Assembly: GCA_030605265.1 (NCBI GenBank)
Contig: JAUWIR010000001.1
Location: 1 to 37,462 of the forward strand
Reading direction: 5' to 3'
DNA: 37,462 bases
Source of the DNA: Pseudomonadota bacterium
Lineage (GTDB): Bacteria > SZUA-182 > DTGQ01
Shown: positions 6,513-16,599 of the stretch, piece after piece
Numbering within the stretch: the first letter of the stretch is position 1
Layout of the letters: the number at the start of each line of letters is the position of its first letter
Position numbers and translations under genes: made by a program
The notes under the pieces: generated by a model
Told to the model about the DNA's origin: nothing
The model's input: the letters and a program-made list of their open reading frames with translations, nothing else
Database searches by the model: none

Positions 6513-7700
6513 TTAGGTAAGTATTTTTTGGTAAGCGTTTAACAATTTGGGCAGTTCGTACTCCCAATTGAGTTTTTTTTGTATTCTGTGCCAGCCAAAT
6601 TCTCCCATCATCTTGCGCTTTTTAGGATCATCTAAAAGCTGGAGTATCTTTTCTGCAAAGTCAATCTCATTATTTTTTTTCGCATAGAGTGATGACTGCC
6701 GCGCTGAAAACCGACCTTCTGTCAAATCATATTGTACAATTGGTTTTCCCATGGCCATATATTCCATAATCTTATTCATGGTTGATTTGTCATTCATTTC
6801 ATTGGCTACGTCGGGGTTTACACATACATGGCTCGAGCAAAGGGCAGACAGTAAATCTTTATCTGGAACACGGCCTGTAAAGGTAACATACTCCTCCACC
6901 CCTAGTTTTAGCGCGTAGGTTTTCATATTCTCAAGTTCTGTTCCTCCACCTATCAAAACAAACTGGATGTCCTGCCGCCTTTTTTCATACACTATATAAC
7001 TTACCATTCGCAACAAGTGATCAAGCCCCTCCTGTTTTCCCATAACTCCTACATAACCCACCAGAAAGTTTCTTCCTTTTTTCAACTCAAGCCTAGGGGG
7101 GACCTTATTAAGCCGCTTTAAATTCGGCCCGGACCTAACCACAAAAACCTTATCCGGGTCCATACCTCCTCGCTTAATGGCAATCTGCTTGTATGATTCA
7201 TTGGTGGCAATAGAAACATCTGCAGCCCAGAAAGTCCATCGCTCCCAAAAAAGCATCACCCTATAGAAGAAGCCTTTGCGACCAAATTTGGCGATATACA
7301 ACTCCGGATTAATATCATGATGATCAAAGAGAAATTTTTTTCGAAAGAACCATTTATAGAACAACCCAATGATAAAAATATTATCCGGGGGATTACAGGC
7401 ATGAATTACATCAAAGCCTCGTTCTCGCAGCACCTTAAAAGAAAGTCTAAACTGCCAATATAGTGCTGCTGAATATTCCCTCAAATAACCTAATAGCCCT
7501 GAACCTTCTGCAGGAAGTTCATGTCTATAGATGGAGATCCCATTAATATCCTCACGATACAATTCATATCCTTTACCTGTAGGGCAGATGATTGAGACCC
7601 TCATGCCGGCACCCCGCAATGACGTGGCTTCCTGCCATACACGACGATCGAAAGGACAAGGTAAGTTTTCCACAATGATGAGGACTGATGATTTCACCAA
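6513..7700 (-). CDS. GT4-family glycosyltransferase (GT-B fold)
   Basis: N-terminal ENLPCPFDRRVWQEATSL. The C-terminal Glycos_transf_1-like block reads GYVGVMGKQEGLD ... NEMNDKSTMNKIMEYMAMGKPIV. The start (TTG/GTG) overlaps the dehydrogenase stop. Confidence 0.85.
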   Translation of the reverse strand: MVKSSVLIIVENLPCPFDRRVWQEATSLRGAGMRVSIICPTGKGYELYREDINGISIYRHELPAEGSGLLGYLREYSAALYWQFRLSFKVLRERGFDVIHACNPPDNIFIIGLFYKWFFRKKFLFDHHDINPELYIAKFGRKGFFYRVMLFWERWTFWAADVSIATNESYKQIAIKRGGMDPDKVFVVRSGPNLKRLNKVPPRLELKKGRNFLVGYVGVMGKQEGLDHLLRMVSYIVYEKRRQDIQFVLIGGGTELENMKTYALKLGVEEYVTFTGRVPDKDLLSALCSSHVCVNPDVANEMNDKSTMNKIMEYMAMGKPIVQYDLTEGRFSARQSSLYAKKNNEIDFAEKILQLLDDPKKRKMMGEFGWHRIQKKLNWEYELPKLLNAYQKILT

Positions 7701-9007
7701 CAGATACCCTCATACTCAGCTTCTGTTTCTATTGATTCTGCAATTCTAACCAAATCAATCACATGCTGATCAGGCGTAAGTTCCTTAAAAATATTAACAA
7801 ATTCGTCTGATTTATTACCAATCACCAAAACCTCTGAGTGGTAAATAATTTCTTCTAAATTGTTCATCATCAATTTTGAAATATGGGGAATGCGATTTTC
7901 GATAAAATCTTTATTCGCACCCCGCAATCGTGCCAAATTCACGTTACGATCATAGATTTTTAAGTCATAACCTTTGCCTAAAAGCGTCTCGATTAATTCA
8001 ACCATTGGGGATTCCCGCAAATCATCTGTGCCTGCTTTAAAGGCAAAGCCTAGTACCCCAATTCTTTTCTTCCCCTTGGCCATAATCAATCGCAACCCTT
8101 GTTCTAGTTGGCTTTTATTGGATTGGAAAATAGCATTTAACACAGGCACATCCACATCAATGGAACGTGCCTTATAGATCAAAGCACGTAAATCTTTTGG
8201 AAGACAAGAACCGCCAAATGAAAAACCCGGTTTTAAATAATATGGTGAAAGATTCAGTTTTGTATCCTGACAGAAAATCGACATTACCTCGTGAGAATCA
8301 ATTCCAAGCGCTTTGCAAATTTTGCCTACCTCATTTCCGAAAGTAATTTTTAATGCGTGGAATACATTATCTGTATATTTCGCCATTTCAGCAGTTCGAA
8401 TAGAAGTGCGAAACATTGGTGCATTGATTCCTTTGTAAAGGGTAGCCAACAGATCTCCATCTTTCTTATATAATTCACCTATTACTGTCTTTGGAGGATT
8501 ATAAAAGTCATATACTGCGGTTGATTCCCGCAGGAATTCGGGATTAACAGCCAATCCAAAGTCTTGGCCGGCTTTTTTCCCTGAGGCCTCCTCTAAAGTT
8601 GGTTTAATTACATTATCAACTGTTCCAGGGAGCATAGTGGATCTGGCTACTACTACATGATAGATTTCTTTCTCTCTCAACGCTTCTCCAATAGTTCGAC
8701 TCACTCTTTCTACAAAAGTTAATCGAAGGCTCCCATTTCCATTAGATGGCGTGCCCACACAAATGAAAGACAGATCTGAATTCAAAACTGCATGGGTAGG
8801 GTCTGAAGTGGCTTTGATACGTCCGCCATCTACACCAATTTTAATAATTGGTTCTAAATCGCTCTCAATGATCGGAGAACATCCACGATTAATAAGATCC
8901 ACTTTGACCTGATCTGGATCAACACCAAGCACTGTATGACCTTCCCGGGCTAAACAAGCTGCAGATACAGCGCCTACATAACCTAGTCCAAAAATAGAAA
9001 TTCGCAT
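7694..9007 (-). CDS. algD: GDP-mannose 6-dehydrogenase (UDP-glucose/GDP-mannose dehydrogenase family)
   Basis: MRISIFGLGYVGAVSAACLAREGHTV (Rossmann fold), GFSFGGSCLPKD (catalytic Cys), KAGTDDLRESP and a C-terminal EGICW are present. At 437 aa it is colinear with P. aeruginosa AlgD as I remember that sequence. Confidence 0.85.
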   Translation of the reverse strand: MRISIFGLGYVGAVSAACLAREGHTVLGVDPDQVKVDLINRGCSPIIESDLEPIIKIGVDGGRIKATSDPTHAVLNSDLSFICVGTPSNGNGSLRLTFVERVSRTIGEALREKEIYHVVVARSTMLPGTVDNVIKPTLEEASGKKAGQDFGLAVNPEFLRESTAVYDFYNPPKTVIGELYKKDGDLLATLYKGINAPMFRTSIRTAEMAKYTDNVFHALKITFGNEVGKICKALGIDSHEVMSIFCQDTKLNLSPYYLKPGFSFGGSCLPKDLRALIYKARSIDVDVPVLNAIFQSNKSQLEQGLRLIMAKGKKRIGVLGFAFKAGTDDLRESPMVELIETLLGKGYDLKIYDRNVNLARLRGANKDFIENRIPHISKLMMNNLEEIIYHSEVLVIGNKSDEFVNIFKELTPDQHVIDLVRIAESIETEAEYEGICW

Positions 9008-9029
9008 GATTTTTCCTCAATAAGTTTAT

Positions 9030-11021
9030 TTAAAGAACGCTAATATACGTAATAAATTCTTGCTTTCCCGAAAAATTACCCCAAAGCCTTAAAGTTGTAG
9101 TTTCCTGCTTGTGATTAAAATTGGCAGAATACCAACCCAGGATAGGATCCTCACACCCTCGATAAGTCTCAAATACCAATTTAGGATCAACCTGCAAGGC
9201 AAGCTGAACATTTTCCCTAACTATAAATATTTTTTTTTCTTTTTTTATTATTTGGCATGCAGGATGAAGATGAAAAAATAATTCAACAAGAGTTGTCTTT
9301 TTTAAACTTAAATAATCATTTAGCACAAAGCAGCCTTCATTTATTAAATAATCCACTTGTCTTATGTGTTTGGCTTTTAGTTTTCTCTGGTAGGCATCAT
9401 GAGAGGCAATCCATCTAGTGCGATCTGATAAATTTTCCAAGGTGTTTATGGTGATTTTATATGGCCTTCCATACATAAAATCAGCTATTTGTTGCGAAAA
9501 ATCCAAACCATTAAGTCTAAGTGTATTATGGGCGGAAGTAGCGCGAAAATACCGTCTCCATTTGCCCCCACTGTGATATAAATATGTCCCCGGATCAGTG
9601 AATATCTCTTTTCCACCTAAAAACAAAGTAAAGCTTAAAGCATCCAAGTGGCCATGTGCGTAAAGTGGCGCCATGCCAAGGGGGGTGGCATTGCCCACAA
9701 ATAATACTTCTTTTTCTTTATAGGTGTCACGAATTATTGATAAACCACTATCCTTTAAATAATCACTTTTAATTTGTTTCTTATCTTTCTTTTCTCCCCA
9801 TGGGAATACATTAAAATTAGTTAGCAGATATGTTTTCAAATCAGGCTTAAAGGAAAGGGGCAGCTTCGGCCGGTTGAATAAAATTGCTCCGCTATTTAGG
9901 ATAGACGAAAAATTATTCCAATTACCCTGCCCAAAGTTAATTAATACAGCGCTATCTTGATCTCCTATATTAGGAAGATGACCATTTAAGTCCATCAAAG
10001 TATAAATAAACTCACATGATTTTTCCAATTTGGTTTTAATTTCTTTCGTATAATCCAAATTAAATTTCTCGCAAACCACCATGAAAAGAAGAAAAAAATC
10101 AAAGACAAAGGAAAGGTAAGTTGTGGTATGTTCAAAACTCCCGCCGTCCGGCAATATTTGCCTGGTAATCTCTTTTTCAAGGATCTTTTTGCCAACAAAA
10201 AACCACCGATCTGAATTTTTTACATGCGGAAAAAAAACACCGGCCATAAAAAGCCCAAAGCCCTCAGCTAAGGCGTGATTATTAGATGATGAATAAAGGG
10301 AGGGATACCTATCAAGATGATAGGCATGTGATGATACAAACTTGTTTATCAGATGCTTAATTTTTTCATTTATCTCATATTCTCGTAAAAAAGATAAGGC
10401 CCAAATAAAATTTACCAGTCTTATACCAATCTCTATGCCACTTGTCCAATGTATACCAAAAGGATAAGGGTTATTTTCCATCCAATCAGTAAATAAAAAG
10501 ATAAGCTTATGCGCGTATTTTTCTTCTCTTGTAATATAATAAGAGGCTCCCAGCGGCACCATAAACAAGAACCTACCTACCTCCCAGGTGAATTTCGGAC
10601 CACCTATGGTGAGATCTCCTTTGATATTTAGGTCTGACCAAAACTTTATAGGCCAGCGGTTGCCGGACTTGATATCAAGGTGCCAATTAAAATTTTGCCC
10701 ATAAGATTTTTCAATGTCAAAAATACACAATCTGTTTTCAATTACGGCATCTGCCTGTTTTTTGATTATAGCTATTTCAGAGGGAAATTCCTTCCTCAGA
10801 ACTAAAGGATCTATGCCCATCGATAATTTAAAGACATTATTAAGATCTAAAGCAAAAGGATCATTAAAAAAATCATAGGTAAAATCTTTATGCTTTATTC
10901 TATCCGCCCTTTTTTTAATTTCCTGGTTTATGCGATACGGAATTTCCTGCGGCGGCATTTTGGAAAGGCGATTTAGATACCAGGCAAGGGAATTCATTGA
11001 ATTATTCAAGAAATTATTCAA
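9030..11021 (-). CDS. heparinase II/III-like (alginate-lyase-like toroid plus beta-sandwich) protein, cytoplasmic
   Basis: NHALAEGFGLF and HGHLDALSFTLF...TDPGTYLYH...TSAHNTLRLNG match the Hepar_II_III pattern. No signal peptide is present. Confidence 0.8.
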   Translation of the reverse strand: MNNFLNNSMNSLAWYLNRLSKMPPQEIPYRINQEIKKRADRIKHKDFTYDFFNDPFALDLNNVFKLSMGIDPLVLRKEFPSEIAIIKKQADAVIENRLCIFDIEKSYGQNFNWHLDIKSGNRWPIKFWSDLNIKGDLTIGGPKFTWEVGRFLFMVPLGASYYITREEKYAHKLIFLFTDWMENNPYPFGIHWTSGIEIGIRLVNFIWALSFLREYEINEKIKHLINKFVSSHAYHLDRYPSLYSSSNNHALAEGFGLFMAGVFFPHVKNSDRWFFVGKKILEKEITRQILPDGGSFEHTTTYLSFVFDFFLLFMVVCEKFNLDYTKEIKTKLEKSCEFIYTLMDLNGHLPNIGDQDSAVLINFGQGNWNNFSSILNSGAILFNRPKLPLSFKPDLKTYLLTNFNVFPWGEKKDKKQIKSDYLKDSGLSIIRDTYKEKEVLFVGNATPLGMAPLYAHGHLDALSFTLFLGGKEIFTDPGTYLYHSGGKWRRYFRATSAHNTLRLNGLDFSQQIADFMYGRPYKITINTLENLSDRTRWIASHDAYQRKLKAKHIRQVDYLINEGCFVLNDYLSLKKTTLVELFFHLHPACQIIKKEKKIFIVRENVQLALQVDPKLVFETYRGCEDPILGWYSANFNHKQETTTLRLWGNFSGKQEFITYISVL

Positions 11022-11045
11022 GAAAGAAAGGACATGTTTGATAGG

Positions 11046-11717
11046 TTAACGATGTATTGCAATAATCGACTTGGTAAATCCAAACGACTTTTCTAGGATA
11101 ATCTGCGAATCAGGAAAAAGCTTTTTCATTTGATTGATTGTAAGCAAATGCCAATCTGGTGATGTCTGTTTAGGCCAGAATTTATTCAGCAAATTGATTA
11201 CTCTAATCTGTGCTAATCGCGGCAGTAGAATGATAATTGAGGGAAACCAAGTATGACTTTCAATTGGAAAATATTTATAAGGAGTTTGTACGTAATATTT
11301 TTTACCCACTCTTTTTATTTCATCTGCAAATAATTTCTGTCTCCTAAGAGCAACAGTGCTAAAATTAAAATTTGATGTGAAAAAATATACTTTTTTTTTC
11401 ACTACTGTTACATGCTCTATTACTGAAGAACAAAATACTACATCAAAATAAAAATCAGGAAAAGGTAATCGACCATTCTCATTTAACAAAATGGGATTAA
11501 AGCCAAATTTAGTTCTTCCTTTTTCTAATAAATTACTATCTATATCTGCTAAATAAATATTCCCCCGAAATGGAATTATCTCTGCTAAATGCGCACCATC
11601 CCCCCCGCCTAAATCTAAAATCTTATCATCTGTCGTTGGATTTAAATATTTTCTGAATATTTTTCCGCGATTGGAACGGGCATACTTTGAATATATTTTT
11701 TCAATCTTTTTTAACAT
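11046..11717 (-). CDS. class I SAM-dependent methyltransferase
   Basis: ILDLGGGDGAH (motif I) and VVFCSSVIEHV. Confidence 0.8.
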   Translation of the reverse strand: MLKKIEKIYSKYARSNRGKIFRKYLNPTTDDKILDLGGGDGAHLAEIIPFRGNIYLADIDSNLLEKGRTKFGFNPILLNENGRLPFPDFYFDVVFCSSVIEHVTVVKKKVYFFTSNFNFSTVALRRQKLFADEIKRVGKKYYVQTPYKYFPIESHTWFPSIIILLPRLAQIRVINLLNKFWPKQTSPDWHLLTINQMKKLFPDSQIILEKSFGFTKSIIAIHR

Positions 11718-11810
11718 TTTTAACTGAAAGATTTAATATATGAGTTGTTTGGCTAGAATAAAATTATAATGTGTTATTTCGCTTAATGATTTCGGGAAAT
11801 GGGTAAGATT

Positions 11811-12893
11811 TTATTGGTTATTTATTAAAGACACCAACGTGTTTCGTTTAATCGACTCGTGCACCTTAAAAGTGGCTATAGTTGTAGCGTATAAAGAATC
11901 AAAAGATATGGGAATCGGTGCGCCCTTCTTAACAGTCTTAATCAGCATTTCCATTTCAGCCTTATGGCCCTTATCTTGATTGAAAGATTTTATGACCTTC
12001 TTCTTACCGTTAACCATAGTAGTCAATTTAGTGTAATTATCCAAGACAGTTACTCTATTTTGACAAAATATTTCAATATATTCCTTGGGAAAATAAGGAT
12101 CACCATTAGCCAGGTAAGCAATAGAGCCAATAGAACCATCCGAAAATTGCAGGGTAATAATAACATTATCCTCAAGAGTAATAATTTTATTACATACAAA
12201 ACCTGGCCCTATGGGTCAGGTCAAAAACAAAGGCTATGCCGGTTTTTTGTTATACAAAATCACAGCGATTTCTTTATAATATTATTTTTTTAAATGTAAA
12301 CACTTACCAATGATCTATATTGCAATCATATCTGTTCCCACGGAGGGAATGATTTAGATTTATAGTCTCCCTTATAGGGAGCAACCTCTAAACCTGGCCT
12401 TATAGGTCAGGTTGTTAATTATCTGTTTTAATGCCCTGAGCAAAGACATTTATTGGAAATGCATCAGTTAAATATTGAAAGGTATCGATAAAATGACAAA
12501 CTTCACCTACAATACGACCGCCTCCAATATTTTTATCCTGATACCAATCGTTCTTATCCTTTGAAACCTGCATTTACACGATAATGCATAATCATTGGTT
12601 CACTGCGTTTCGCAAAGAGCAGCTTCATCCTTTTAATTAGCGGTGCATATCGTCTATTAAAACCAACCATAAGCAATGGCCCTTGGGATATTGTATTACA
12701 AAGATGGGAATAGGTGGCCCTTATTGTTTCTAATTTTTTTTCATTAATACAGAGAGGTTTTTCCGTATATACTTTTTTTCCTGCCTTCAGGGCCACCAAT
12801 ACTAATTTACGAGTAGCAATTAAAATTGTATTAATATTTTCATTTCCGAGCAATTCCTTATAATCAGCAGTATTGCGTTTTAAAATATTTATC
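11811..12893 (-). pseudogene. Gfo/Idh/MocA-family oxidoreductase: 5'-truncated, frameshifted and interrupted by a ~215-bp insertion
   Basis: Three fragments are visible:
- ...ADYKELLGNENINTILIATR..ALKAGKKVYTEKPL...VGFNRRYAP (12554-12893)
- DKNDWYQDKNIGGGRIVGEVCHFID, in another frame (about 12425-12558)
- TLEDNVIITLQFSDGSIGSIAYLANGD...SLINNQ* (11811-12190)

The Rossmann GxGxxG region is missing because the upstream glycosyltransferase gene ends at 12894. Confidence 0.75.
12198..12412. mobile_element. small non-coding insertion bounded by two near-identical hairpin repeats (MITE/PATE-like)
   Basis: AAACCTGGCCCTATGGGTCAGGT (12198-12221) and AAACCTGGCCTTATAGGTCAGGT (12390-12412) are direct copies, and each folds into an 8-bp stem. 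A third similar hairpin, CTCCCTTATAGGGAG, lies at about 12368-12382. The segment splits an otherwise colinear oxidoreductase reading frame. Confidence 0.4.
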
Positions 12894-13865
12894 TCACATA
12901 TTATTAAAAAGATTGGTTATTTCACGACAAACACCATCGAAATACTCTTTTCTAATTTTCCGCTGGTTGCTAATTTGATGTTTATAATTCTCATTATTTT
13001 TAATTATTCTGATGATCCCTGATGCAATAGATTCAGGTGTATTATCGACATAGATCGCACCGCCCCCAAAACTCTCACGTAAGATTTCCCAGGCGGATGT
13101 TACAATCGGCATTTCAAGAGATAATGCTTCATACCCCCCCATTTGCATAGTGTAGTCACGAGTTGTAAGAGCAACAACCGCTTTGCATGCCAACAGGAGA
13201 CTAAGATAATTTTCTCGTGAAAGATAGCCTTCCAATATTATATTTGAAGGTTTATCTTCAAGGAGCTTTTTATTTGCTTTTTTATAGTTACCTGTAATAT
13301 GAAAATCAATATCCGGGACTAATTTTGCAGCCTGCCACACCTCCTCTAAAGGCTCGTCAAACATGAAAGAAGCAACAACAGCGACACTATTTTCACTCAC
13401 ACTATACAAGGGATATTTTTTTGTAAAATTAATCGGTACATCTCCAATGACAAAAGATCGCCCCCCCCAGGATTCAACTATTCTTTTGTGATATAAGTTT
13501 GTGTTAATATTAAAGAATGCTTTTGATGCTATAATACCATAGAAAAATTTAAACCACGCCCACTTTGGATCATTAAAAGCAGCAGAATGAGAATCCAAAA
13601 CAAATTTAGCCTTAAAAATTTTGGAATATATATAAACAGTTATTATTAGAAATGGGGGTTGGTTCAAGGAAAAAATTATGTCTGGTTTATTTTTGAACAA
13701 AGAATAAAAGGTTATAAAAACAGATACGATATATCTTGCAATTTTATTTATAACTTTTCGGTCTGAATCAAAGGGGCAAATAAATATATTTTGTGCTCCA
13801 AAGTGTTTAGCAATATTTTCACTTCTTGTACAGCTTTTTTTCCAAGCAATAAATATTTTTTTCAT
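12894..13865 (-). CDS. glycosyltransferase (GT-B, Glycos_transf_1-like C-terminal domain)
   Basis: GGYEALSLEMPIVTSAWEILRESFGGGAIYVDN. 4-nt ATGA overlap with the upstream methyltransferase gene. Confidence 0.7.
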   Translation of the reverse strand: MKKIFIAWKKSCTRSENIAKHFGAQNIFICPFDSDRKVINKIARYIVSVFITFYSLFKNKPDIIFSLNQPPFLIITVYIYSKIFKAKFVLDSHSAAFNDPKWAWFKFFYGIIASKAFFNINTNLYHKRIVESWGGRSFVIGDVPINFTKKYPLYSVSENSVAVVASFMFDEPLEEVWQAAKLVPDIDFHITGNYKKANKKLLEDKPSNIILEGYLSRENYLSLLLACKAVVALTTRDYTMQMGGYEALSLEMPIVTSAWEILRESFGGGAIYVDNTPESIASGIIRIIKNNENYKHQISNQRKIRKEYFDGVCREITNLFNNM

Positions 13866-14581
13866 GTATCGACCTTAGCCTTTATCACGAGTTTGTGTCC
13901 TCTATCATTCTTTCCAAATACTTTATCCGAAACAACTGTTAATGGGAATAAAATTGGAAAAAAAAATTGAAAAAGTCTTCTGTGTTTTGCTGCCATTCTT
14001 AAAACAAGACTTGAGAATAATGTTGTTGTCAAATATTTATATTCTTCGATGCGAAGCCCTGCCTTGTTAAGTTTCTCCGATAATTCATCAACTGTATAGT
14101 AATTATGGCCATAATATTTCTTTTTATGGTATTCTAGAAAGTCTTGCGACAAATATTTTAGACTCATGCTATCAACACTCATGGCAAGAACACCCTCATC
14201 CCTGATTATCCGACGCATCTCACCCAATGCTTTTATATCCGACGGAAAATGTTCAAGAGCACAAAAACTTACTATTCTGTCCTGGCTGTTTGTTTTAAGT
14301 GGTATTTCCTGCGCATCAGCAACAAGAAAAGAAGTATTAGGTTTATGATATTTTAAATTCGCTTGCGTTATTCTTTCACGGTTTAAATCAATCCCAGTAA
14401 AAAAAGAACTCTTTCTTGAAATCAAATTTGACCAAAACCCATTGCCGCAGGCAATATCGCACACCGAATTATTATTTATGCAGGCATATTTATTTATCCA
14501 TAGATATTCGAAAATCCTCGTGTAGCTTAAAATATCTCCTAAATTGATGAATATTTTTATATTAAAAATCGATATTCCCAT
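13862..14581 (-). CDS. class I SAM-dependent methyltransferase
   Basis: VCDIACGNGFWS (motif I), RIVSFCALEHF and a Methyltransf_11-like layout. 20-nt overlap with the upstream gene. Confidence 0.8.
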   Translation of the reverse strand: MGISIFNIKIFINLGDILSYTRIFEYLWINKYACINNNSVCDIACGNGFWSNLISRKSSFFTGIDLNRERITQANLKYHKPNTSFLVADAQEIPLKTNSQDRIVSFCALEHFPSDIKALGEMRRIIRDEGVLAMSVDSMSLKYLSQDFLEYHKKKYYGHNYYTVDELSEKLNKAGLRIEEYKYLTTTLFSSLVLRMAAKHRRLFQFFFPILFPLTVVSDKVFGKNDRGHKLVIKAKVDT

Positions 14582-16565
14582 GGTGTCCTTTTCTTATTAT
14601 GTTTTTGTTTGATAAATTTACAATATACTCATCAATATTTAATTGGCTATTTATTAATAAACGATCCTCTTCCCGAAAAAATGAGACTTTTTTTATTGAA
14701 TTAACGGGTGAAAAAAGTGACAATGAATAAAAAGGTAAAAGTGTGTGCGTTTTGTAAATAATAATTTGAGAAGGCGTTAGCTTCGAGTGCTGAAGTGAAA
14801 CAACGCCCATGTAATTATTTTTTTTTTCTTTTTTATCTATTACTTCAAATGATGTTTGCGACGAAGCAAAATTATGTAGGAAAAATTTATTCTTGAATAA
14901 TGAGAGGTACTTTTCTTTGTTTTGAACATCACATTCAGGTGACAAATGAAAAGGAATTTCTAATAAATGGTTTCCATTACCTGTGATGAAGTCGGCAATT
15001 AAAATATAATGTGATGGTTTTTTATTATAAAAAATTTGCCGTTTATGAATAACTGGAGAATATCCATTATGATATCCTTCAACAAAATCAAAATCACTTG
15101 AAAACTGAAAATTTTTTAACCATACTTTGGCAAGTTTTCCATAACCAAAAACACCGTATATTTCAGATTGATTTTTTCTATCAATTAGAACAGTATTATG
15201 ACCGAATGTGCTTCTTAAATACTCTCTATAATGGTCATTATAATACCCATACCCCCCCGGATCAATAACGATGTCTTTATTATTTATACAAATCTCAACA
15301 CTTAAAGCATCTGAATGACCATGGTGTGGATAAGGTTTATAACCAATTGGCCCGCAATTGAAGTACAAATAGTTGCCTGAGTCACTTTTTAATATTGCAT
15401 GGCCTGAATGCTTGAATACTACTGAGTGCCTTTTGTCGGAAAATTCATCCAGCCTCAATTGCTTATAACTTTTCGTATCAAGAAACCAATTAGCGCTTTC
15501 CAAATAATTTTCATCAAAACTTACTGCTGTTTTATAAAGATATCCATATACTGGTATAAGTGATCTTGCCTCCCAGTGCTCACGATCATTTGACAGCATC
15601 TGATCACCATCGCCTATCATTGGATGCGACCCATCAGGTTTTTGTGAGAACCATATATACTTAAGCATTTTTTTAAATCGCCGTGTGAATTCTTTACTTA
15701 AAGCAATATTTGAGCGATGGCATAACATATAAAATTTAAGAAAATGAGTCGAGCAAATTTGATGATAATACATTGACTGTTCCAAATGAATACCTTCTGT
15801 TGAAACCTGACAATTCATTTCATATAGTACAATTCGCTTACCTATTTCAAGCCATTTAGCCGCCTGCTTAATTTCGCTAAAATAAAGAGCGGCTGCGAAT
15901 AGGCCCAATCCCTCTAAAAGCCTATGATTCCCTCCTGGACTCAAATTTACAATAATCCATTCTACTTGGTGAAACCAGTAGGTAAGTTCTCCTGGTTCCC
16001 AATTATTTTTATTTATCAGAGGACATATTGCCGTCCAATTTAATATTCTAATTGCTATATCTATTGATTTATCATATTTTTTTACAGTCTCTATCGGATA
16101 ATACTGAGGTAACTCTTTTACAAGTCTTTTTATAGCTTTTTTGTACCTGCTTTTATTAGTTTGTCTAAAAGCTCTAGCCAAGGTAATGTAAAAATCATGA
16201 CGGTGAAAGGATCTCACCAGATCAACTGGCCAGTCTTCCCACTGGACAGACTTCAGTTCACACTCAACTTTTCCAAAGTCGTGTACATAATATCTATTAT
16301 TTAAAATTTCATCTGCAGCCTTCAAAATATCAGGGCTTACATCAGAAAGGTTGCAATCAAAAAAATTCGAGTTAACATAAGAAACCCTATTAATTCCTTG
16401 TTCAACTAACAACGTAGGTTCTTTGTTGATAGTAATTGTCAAATACGTGATTTTTTTTATAAGCTTAAGAATACGCAAAAGTATTTTTTTTTTCACTTCG
16501 CGCAACCCAACATTTTGCAGTCTTCTTATAAAAGCACAAAAAATTTTTATTTTTTTCGATTTCAT
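14562..16565 (-). CDS. heparinase II/III-like protein, second paralogue, cytoplasmic
   Basis: GNHRLLEGLGLF and HHGHSDALSVEICINNKDIVIDPGGYGYY...STFGHNTVLIDRKNQ. No signal peptide is present. Confidence 0.8.
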   Translation of the reverse strand: MKSKKIKIFCAFIRRLQNVGLREVKKKILLRILKLIKKITYLTITINKEPTLLVEQGINRVSYVNSNFFDCNLSDVSPDILKAADEILNNRYYVHDFGKVECELKSVQWEDWPVDLVRSFHRHDFYITLARAFRQTNKSRYKKAIKRLVKELPQYYPIETVKKYDKSIDIAIRILNWTAICPLINKNNWEPGELTYWFHQVEWIIVNLSPGGNHRLLEGLGLFAAALYFSEIKQAAKWLEIGKRIVLYEMNCQVSTEGIHLEQSMYYHQICSTHFLKFYMLCHRSNIALSKEFTRRFKKMLKYIWFSQKPDGSHPMIGDGDQMLSNDREHWEARSLIPVYGYLYKTAVSFDENYLESANWFLDTKSYKQLRLDEFSDKRHSVVFKHSGHAILKSDSGNYLYFNCGPIGYKPYPHHGHSDALSVEICINNKDIVIDPGGYGYYNDHYREYLRSTFGHNTVLIDRKNQSEIYGVFGYGKLAKVWLKNFQFSSDFDFVEGYHNGYSPVIHKRQIFYNKKPSHYILIADFITGNGNHLLEIPFHLSPECDVQNKEKYLSLFKNKFFLHNFASSQTSFEVIDKKEKKNNYMGVVSLQHSKLTPSQIIIYKTHTLLPFYSLSLFSPVNSIKKVSFFREEDRLLINSQLNIDEYIVNLSNKNIIRKGHHGNIDF

Positions 16566-16599
16566 CCGTCTAAAAAATTAAACAAACTGGAAAGTCACT

